Shown here in pieces: positions 60,901 through 64,000 of a stretch of 64,000 nucleotides of DNA (positions within the stretch are counted from its first letter, which is position 1; each line of letters begins with the position of its first letter). This stretch comes from Schmidtea polychroa (lineage: Eukaryota), in contig CM097888.1 of the NCBI GenBank assembly GCA_044892525.1, positions 2,914,001-2,978,000 on the forward strand. Direction: 5' to 3'. The notes beneath the pieces were generated by a model. The model was not told the origin of the DNA. It saw nothing but the letters and a program-made list of their open reading frames with translations, and did not search any database. Both the position numbers and the translations under genes were made by a program.

Positions 60901-63900
60901 TATCACAATCGTAGATGGTGAAACCTGTTGCTCCACTTGTGCACAACATCCATATCATCATAGTCATCATTAACGAATTTATTGATGCTTTTCTGCTTGC
61001 GGGATCTTTCATCGGTAGTTCCCATTCTAGTTCATTTAACAGTTTTTTCAATCTAACTTGCATCGACCTTTCTTGCTCATTTTTCCGTGGCGCTTGTATC
61101 AGTCTTTTCCATCCTCCTGCACGAATAATGTGTGGTTCAATAGTATTCTCTATGATTGAAACGGTCATTTCTACATGATTTGCAAACTGTTTATTTGGTA
61201 TTTTCCTCGCAGCTAGTCCCATCAAATTATACATCAAATAAGTGATTACCACTAGGTGATGCTCGTCATCATTTGCATTTGTCGTGAGCTGCTCAATCAC
61301 TCTCTTTGTTTCGTCCCAATCCGTTTTGGTGGTTTTCGTTTTCTCTTTGATTAACTTTGGGATTATCCCCGAAATGGTGTGCCATAATTGTCTAGCTTCC
61401 GTACTGGCTACTTTCCGTTGCCACAGACGTCTAAGTTGTGGGTTTGTTATTATTAACATATCTTTTAACAATTCTCGTATCCATTTTTCTCCTCTTTCGA
61501 TCGTTGGTTGGGCTTCCTTTAGATCCCATACTATTTTATCCAATTTTTCTAATCGAACTTGCCCTTGTTCTTGCTTTAATTGTTCTTTGGTTTTGAACTC
61601 AGACTTTTCTCCTTGTTTCTTGGGTCTTCCTTTTGCCCGTTTTTCCATCATCGTTCCTGCTTCTCTGGTATTTTCGTAATTCGGATTTCTTTCGTTATCC
61701 GTTCTGGGTAATGAGCTATCGTTATTTCTTAGCCACTCATTCCATTCGTCTATTATTTTGTCGGTTTGACTTTCTGGTGTTACTTTCGTTGGTTCTCTTT
61801 GCTTCTGGAATTGTTCATCCGTTTCGGTTTCCGTAGTATTGTCGATGATTTCTTCGATGTTCAGTTTCGTTGGTTGTTGATAACTCGTTGATGGCTGGTT
61901 ATTAGTCCACATTTCGGCTCCTGTCGGCCATCTCACTAATAGCGGTGATCTTTCTCCTGGTTCATCGTCACTATCTTCCAGGATTATCTCTTCAACTTCT
62001 TCAGTTTCATTAGATTTACTTGGTGCTTTGTTCGGACTTGGAGTACTCAAACTGCCTTTTGTTGGTTTAATAATTTTACTTTTCCTTTTTAACGGTTTTC
62101 CCAACGTTTCTGCCATTGTTAATACATTTGTCTCTTCCAATCTCATGGGGGTTATCCCGACGTCTGCATTATCGTCTAGTGATTTTCCGAACAGTTGCAG
62201 ATGGAATGGAGTTTCATATGCTAATTTCTTTTTTAATTCTCTAATTTTTGTTGTTGGATGCACCTCTAGTTCCTCGATGCTCTTGTCTGGATACTTGATT
62301 CGGATGTGATACCTCTCCTGGGTGTCTTGTGCCCATTCCTGATTTCTCCATTTTCGAATAATTTGTTCTAGCTGTTCTGGATACCATTCATTATATTGCC
62401 GGTATTCCTCTATTGCCTTTGCCATTCCTCTCAGATTGTGGATGTCCTCTGATGTCTTTAAGATGATGTTAGCCAACGCTACTACTTGGCGTCTTTGATT
62501 TTTCGCTCCCATTGCTAAGATATCGCCTAATTGTTTATATCTTTCTTTCTCTTCTCGTTCTCTTGCTTCCGTCGCTTCCTCGCCGTCCATATCAGCATAT
62601 TCACGTTCCTTTTTCCTCATTGCATGAATATGTCTCGCTTCATTTTCGCTTTCTGATGTGACATCCGTCTCGCCTTCGTCATCTGATGTCTGTTCCCTTG
62701 CTTCCTCTTCATATTTTGGAGGTTCCTCTTCTTCTTCCTCCGATTCACTTTCTGTCTCACCAATGTCTGTTTCCACGAAGGTTCCTTTCCGGATTTCCCA
62801 TTCCTTACTTTCTGCATTCCACACTCTTTCCCATGGGGTTCGTCTGCAGGATCTGGTGCTTAATTTCGTGATTTTTCCTTGTAGTTCTTTTTCTTTTAAC
62901 CATTGTTGGTGGATTTTAATTATTTCCGTAGATTTTTGATATAACGTTTTCATCCGGTCTCGTATTTCTTTTTGATAGGTTACATCTCTTGTTCGAAATT
63001 CATCCATTGGTACTATCCTGATTATCTGGTGATTGTCCCACATACCCATTTCGCTTAACGAGGTGTCGTCCTCCGCTCGTAATATTATCTTATCGTACAT
63101 CATGACTACATCATCCACCATACCATCACTACTTTCGCTACGTACCTTTTCCGTTATCTCTTGGTTTATTTTTGATACCAAGTCATCTACTGTACTCTGA
63201 TTGCTCATTTTTATTCGTCGTTTTTCTTCGTTCGGTAACCATATGGTTATTTCCAACCTCTGTGGCTGGGTTTCTTTTAACCTTCCATATTTGTGGATCA
63301 AATTTATGGTTCTCCAATCACTCATTCGGAGCATTTCTGTATCTCGCAACCGGCTCATTAGTTCGTACATGGCTGGGGCTCGTCTGGTGATGAGTAAATC
63401 CCAGTTGTCTTCTACTTGTTCTTGAATTTGTTTGATCAGCTTATCCAGGTTTCGTCTCAGAGTACATTGTTTTATTTGTTCTAATTTCAATTTGATATTA
63501 AAATCATATTCTGCCTTGGCATCTTTAGCCCAATCGTAAAGGTTGGCTGGTTGTTTTTCTTTATGCAACTTCAGTATTTGCGTTTCCCCTGGCCATATTA
63601 GTGCATCTACTAAGTGCATATCTGGTTTGATCGGTTCTCCTTGGTATTGATACAGATATTCTTTCTTTCTCGAACTTCCCAAATGCTCTCGTATCCAATC
63701 GAAAAGTTCGTCGGTGACTGTATTTTTTATCCACATTCTTTCAAGTCCTCTACTCGTTCCGATTTTTATTACATACCGCGTGGTATCGGCCTGCTTCATT
63801 TTTTCCATATAATTTTTTATAATTGATTTTTCCTCGTTTGGTATTAAATCTTTCTCGTTTCTTTCCAATTTCATCACTTTTTGCACGAATCGCCTGAATG

Positions 63901-64000
63901 GTATTACGTCAATGAACTCTTGGTTCCTCACTACTACTGGGAGTATTTCCGCTACTTGTTTTATCGCTTCCTCCTTCCCTTTTCTCAACTTTATTTCGAT
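51920..64000 (-). CDS. Giant retroelement polyprotein (>4,020 aa, 5'-truncated): UBLx3, Bcl-2-like, signal, Env (chuvirus/gB-type), TM, PR, RT, RH, IN, ANK, membrane protein
   Basis: One uninterrupted frame. The listed 'start' at 63988 is TTG and the frame stays open to 64000. Confidence 0.95.
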   Translation of the reverse strand: MEIKLRKGKEEAIKQVAEILPVVVRNQEFIDVIPFRRFVQKVMKLERNEKDLIPNEEKSIIKNYMEKMKQADTTRYVIKIGTSRGLERMWIKNTVTDELFDWIREHLGSSRKKEYLYQYQGEPIKPDMHLVDALIWPGETQILKLHKEKQPANLYDWAKDAKAEYDFNIKLKLEQIKQCTLRRNLDKLIKQIQEQVEDNWDLLITRRAPAMYELMSRLRDTEMLRMSDWRTINLIHKYGRLKETQPQRLEITIWLPNEEKRRIKMSNQSTVDDLVSKINQEITEKVRSESSDGMVDDVVMMYDKIILRAEDDTSLSEMGMWDNHQIIRIVPMDEFRTRDVTYQKEIRDRMKTLYQKSTEIIKIHQQWLKEKELQGKITKLSTRSCRRTPWERVWNAESKEWEIRKGTFVETDIGETESESEEEEEEPPKYEEEAREQTSDDEGETDVTSESENEARHIHAMRKKEREYADMDGEEATEAREREEKERYKQLGDILAMGAKNQRRQVVALANIILKTSEDIHNLRGMAKAIEEYRQYNEWYPEQLEQIIRKWRNQEWAQDTQERYHIRIKYPDKSIEELEVHPTTKIRELKKKLAYETPFHLQLFGKSLDDNADVGITPMRLEETNVLTMAETLGKPLKRKSKIIKPTKGSLSTPSPNKAPSKSNETEEVEEIILEDSDDEPGERSPLLVRWPTGAEMWTNNQPSTSYQQPTKLNIEEIIDNTTETETDEQFQKQREPTKVTPESQTDKIIDEWNEWLRNNDSSLPRTDNERNPNYENTREAGTMMEKRAKGRPKKQGEKSEFKTKEQLKQEQGQVRLEKLDKIVWDLKEAQPTIERGEKWIRELLKDMLIITNPQLRRLWQRKVASTEARQLWHTISGIIPKLIKEKTKTTKTDWDETKRVIEQLTTNANDDEHHLVVITYLMYNLMGLAARKIPNKQFANHVEMTVSIIENTIEPHIIRAGGWKRLIQAPRKNEQERSMQVRLKKLLNELEWELPMKDPASRKASINSLMMTMMIWMLCTSGATGFTIYDCDNMIMRDKYSLRDIEECRQASPNKLDIVRTKVTYHVYQESDFIRTQARECVVSKKVLAYYCGQYSYSTLILPGLDKEIVSIQREDCKELFRTGALKMHNGVTIHGQTGMIKTESVYVSGKVKSSDGSCNGGTYTIRGEVISGVVVIESYTVELKEYEAQFDANNYQMKTNPTCRATENVCRTGVSTIIYEANTQKCRLQLLKSALFNEVKGEIYENENDEDGNDRVRMRNGKPMPPSPREKRLSTQKTPTALITDDPDLGMRFIKEKETTKCDSIVYKTNYAGIYMSRQIIDRAVGKIATEDVKLYLYANNKMDFLFHRGQTTLQKVYYDLIQNDCSLNKEILKTKLAIAITHPDNTMPSLPLPDGHFGRMVGEVMYTYQCTKTYARMPEKSILPEKRCANELEIRYKGQNRFVQPVTRIMNPVGFYPNLFNCSNAYGPLYERPDGKWMMLPGKTISEEPKKFGLIELATELDFKPIDVSNGGMYSPEDLETARLNVLFPARRESILSNMVTITGGTNYQSGPNYELLLSPDHFQQATSNMMKAMWGRFLVFGQMMAGILGIILIIQIVRVILTQMLACFDIYKREKKVNWKMIVGFLPFLAKTMVLHGHSKDIHRIKRLIKILTKIKGTDEEVGRRFRKVMYDEATRRQLKKNKPKFLDRFRSQSSNSDSDDDDNGNDKCLYPNRNPNEKPMETAPYWEKEKTNTWIANGSYIPPDIVGPQTALTMTQNMYPQLPSQPGMHYMPTRRTKSVDQADDVRTIAAMSLPGGPAVTVMIQINGKETNAMIDTGANVSAIAINQIPSKHWKDIESTTIHIIACSKETVDVVGRWWTTLRYQDNEIETYLAVIPKLSVPCIIGTDLMPELLKEVVIDLTTMCLKDKTGRICKMNSVIRCPEKIIVPAKSQMICQIKVDTGMEGEVIFEPSKSFEKRRELPLAREIITINQEGVIPLNITNFEEEDKIIYENEKLGRLTPMMDIELPKVTNEMIKDDELWTIDSMLLTNDEKKKLHRLLVEYKDIFAISDLDLGTCDVTLHAIPLIDETPIALRPYKLAEMQKEIAETEVQKMLDAKVIEPSCSPWQFPVVMVKKKDGTQRFCIDYRKLNAVTKRDTYPLPDINEMLLMLQGAAYFTSLDLKSGYWQIKVKDEDKEKTAFTLGRDLYQFRKMPFGLTNAPASFQRCMNFVTHGIKQCMVYIDDLLIYSATFEQHLEDIRNVFIRLRQWKLKLKPSKCDWAKEKVTFLGHIVSAKGKEPDPRNIEKIKTCPAPKTVTQVQEFLGLCGYYRKFIKNYAGIAKPIQELVKKDISFLWGKEQQEAFETLRDKLIEAPILVHPDFKKPFLLATDASGYAAGAILGQLDDEGKERVIGYYSRTFKKHEKNYSVTEREALAIIQAIKHFRYLLWGHEICITTDHQPLVWLGQHKEASSRLMRWAMQLQEYSPFIKFKAGRANANADCMSRFIFPDLVDSEMQRICLIVAEDLDFCQLRKDQQEDAELKQIIDYIKTGQTDVYAKDQKLKEHMDKHRHRYIIEKDWLLIMDGEKRLMCIPENRRKELLTQYHDGRLGGHMSSKKTLARMKQKYFWPTLTEDVTEWVKNCLTCATRKNTGSKWKAPLTPMPVPIEPMTMISMDVVGPLPESDKGNVYILVITDFLTKFPEAFAMPDQKAKTIAKILVEEICCRYGTPKQILTDQGTNFMSEIMSEVTNYFKIAKLRTSPYHPQTNGMTERFNGTLIQMLSNYVDRHQRDWDEYINLCLMAYRMSIHASTKMSPFKLMYGRECNMPMDLEYQPPISQYMEIDDYVTKFKERMQEIWETAGLNIKFYQESYKDLHDRKKNVKQHTFQTGDWVMIETPELIPGTTKKLQRNGKGPYEILFVGETNVRVKLVNNPFTRPIYVNVARCKSIPKTATSQPEGRTLTTRSQTYRMNMMQQLAEPITGRLGIQPSEAEKIVKEVKIKIPGWAKDRLDFEILGGLLTMIENYANRERTHPLLRVVKSQWPILFTITDHYGDTPLHKLMKVGNNEQILETIEAFHDCKRSTEQTNNQGYTPLMIAANRGKTKDIITALLDTGSKITTQDHERKNALHHAIRGRSTEAFTSLMELLSYEDNREVGNMYDGLLTAIKEKLTTITGILITWRNPIRNDYMINVNEAFTRGENTLMREAMKGHHLFEIPNQLLERGIKFTNHKDEQLKKKRIDTFEKSLFQFTNQVRHKYWETVSVLYMMDTMNNIRENYMDIIQILTAEERINNPNGKKTKIRYEKSRESKSTTNRTVTNNVIETKSMSIDQEAIIRKAKEVFFEEMLELPDEIILSKIIKAVHTYARDQTTGLDIGKIKTFLPRAFTMVTKDSRTPLQQAILAAKENRTITIMRILGEMGEETNTKNEQGETAMMYAAITKIHPKTLHILHQSGSKLDERSNEGNSTLDWATIQPNLEMIRFICKNATEEEVENMCKNTSQFQWNTVRKNLEAMKLLLTWRVPPNNKYAINVNEFYENGENAMVKNTLTKGGTPKIILIVLNREDLKFTQNQNEQQRIGKHRRMQLRELVKEWNRKRHAATGRKEFEFEAKLARNRVLTAYRRLLNDINVEDDILNDSEGDKHDDNNGKDRKEDKEKREPEEGKPENKDSDTKREGNSPRTKTKEEEKSNNGKQRVCLPFTNKEIETNMILMIIMLTMIELVTAQGGTRTIKETKEAENQDSKEDELKQEKRKQAQEQQWDLKEEWDLKERCILGRCMSRAYQKLVLINEDTEPITEVRIQEAYRNRDGKRITNVKGKEVHLGKGGEVVITQIQPRKEHKVCISRLGPGERCHQYVTQQQPPKEYTVCIWRIESKRECRRYPGKRGKKRKNHDEKNEGGKHKKTGEEAQDNYVSEEEMEKIQKMAKEGMNEEIARIREMMKGNGKRGNEKSTEAISTLTNKEKPESISVKQMMWISGIIITGAFLIITGGTIKIIKDKRHRGELEMTRIRNFQHRVKRPSDIKQGQWVEAWNVQRPPNSRI
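52065..52925 (-). other. C-terminal membrane module of the polyprotein (internal signal-like segment, Cys-containing ectodomain, TM)
   Basis: NMILMIIMLTMIELVTAQG (~52870-52925); six Cys in CILGRC...KVC...RCH...VCIW...REC; MMWISGIIITGAFLIITGGTI TM (~52070-52132). Confidence 0.6.
53370..54905 (-). other. Two ankyrin-repeat modules after the integrase
   Basis: YGDTPLH, QGYTPLMIAA, RKNALHHA; then SRTPLQQA, QGETAMMYAA, EGNSTLDWA. Confidence 0.85.
55210..56290 (-). other. Integrase domain
   Basis: HDGRLGGH...CLTC zinc finger; D (56021-56023, SMDVVG), D (55841-55843, TDQG), E (55733-55735, TERF), giving DD35E; GPYEI motif. Confidence 0.97.
56535..57900 (-). other. Reverse transcriptase and RNase H domains
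   Basis: KKDGTQRFCIDYRKLN, YPLP, LDLKSGYWQI, MPFGLTNAP, YIDD (57314-57325), FLGH; RH TDAS (D 56876-56878), EREALA, TDH, NADCMSR. Confidence 0.98.
58315..58590 (-). other. Retropepsin aspartic protease
   Basis: AMIDTGANVS (DTG 58535-58543) and CIIGTDLM. Confidence 0.95.
59165..60975 (-). other. Envelope glycoprotein, chuvirus G / herpes gB-type class III fusogen-like
   Basis: Signal SLMMTMMIWMLCTSGATG followed by FTIYDC. The ~550-aa ectodomain has 14 Cys in the pattern seen in chuviral-type G (YDC, EC, C..YCG, C, GSCxG, C, C...). Furin site REKR at 60179-60190; TM FLVFGQMMAGILGIILIIQIV. Confidence 0.75.
61085..61560 (-). other. Bcl-2-like helical domain
   Basis: IENTIEPHIIRAGGWKRLI resembles BH2 (cf. 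Bcl-xL LEPWIQENGGWDTF). A hydrophobic alpha5-like segment HLVVITYLMYNL sits at BH1 spacing; NWGR is not conserved. Confidence 0.55.
62110..63790 (-). other. Three ubiquitin-like (beta-grasp) domains
   Basis: About 63560-63790 (YVIKI...YQYQGEPIKPDMHL), 63005-63260 (LEITIWLPNEEKRRIKMSNQSTVDDL...TSLSEMGM) and 62110-62315 (YHIRIKYPDKSIEELEVHPTTKIRELKKKL...LFGKSLDD) follow the UBL hydrophobic pattern. Confidence 0.65.

Larger units (their letters stand above)
42846..64000 (-). mobile_element. Giant Ty3/gypsy-type (Metaviridae-like) env-bearing retroelement, 5' part outside the window
   Basis: PR-RT-RH-IN order with intact catalytic motifs, a strongly A-rich coding strand from ~47 kb to the edge, and a same-strand ORF array. 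The left boundary is tentative: candidate LTR end rc ...TCCGACA at 42846, downstream of an AATAAA at ~42895(-). Confidence 0.85.

Noticed and set aside
47546-63826. Numerous plus-strand Phe/Ser/Leu-rich ORFs opposite the retroelement genes
   Set aside because: Antisense shadows of A-rich coding sequence, with no motifs or independent signals.

Overview
AT-rich animal genomic DNA with four assembly gaps. The 39-57 nt introns, the AAT microsatellites and the retroelement type are consistent with a flatworm such as a planarian, but this host call is a low-confidence inference. The left half (1-41 kb) holds a complete 23-exon WASHC4/SWIP gene on the minus strand (13113-28938, ~1195 aa), two small spliced orphan genes, a scrambled RACK1-derived reading frame nested in a WASHC4 intron, displaced WASHC4 fragments, and many hAT, mariner and LINE relics and MITEs. 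The right third (~42.8 kb to the window edge) is a giant, apparently intact Ty3/gypsy-type retroelement on the minus strand. Its one uninterrupted polyprotein (>4,020 aa, open at the window edge) reads: three ubiquitin-like modules, a Bcl-2-like domain, an internal signal peptide, a chuvirus/gB-type (class III) fusion glycoprotein with a REKR furin site and TM anchor, then PR, RT, RNase H and integrase, then duplicated ankyrin modules and a second membrane protein. The envelope therefore lies upstream of, and in frame with, pol. Downstream is a compact same-strand array of accessory ORFs: a full-length intronless TRAF, three coiled-coil proteins, a type-I membrane protein and a 262-codon ORF. 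Each has a host-like 3' splice acceptor 1-5 nt before an in-frame ATG, and most spacers carry UGUA/AAUAAA 3'-end signals. No LTR pair, PBS or recognisable gag is visible inside the window.
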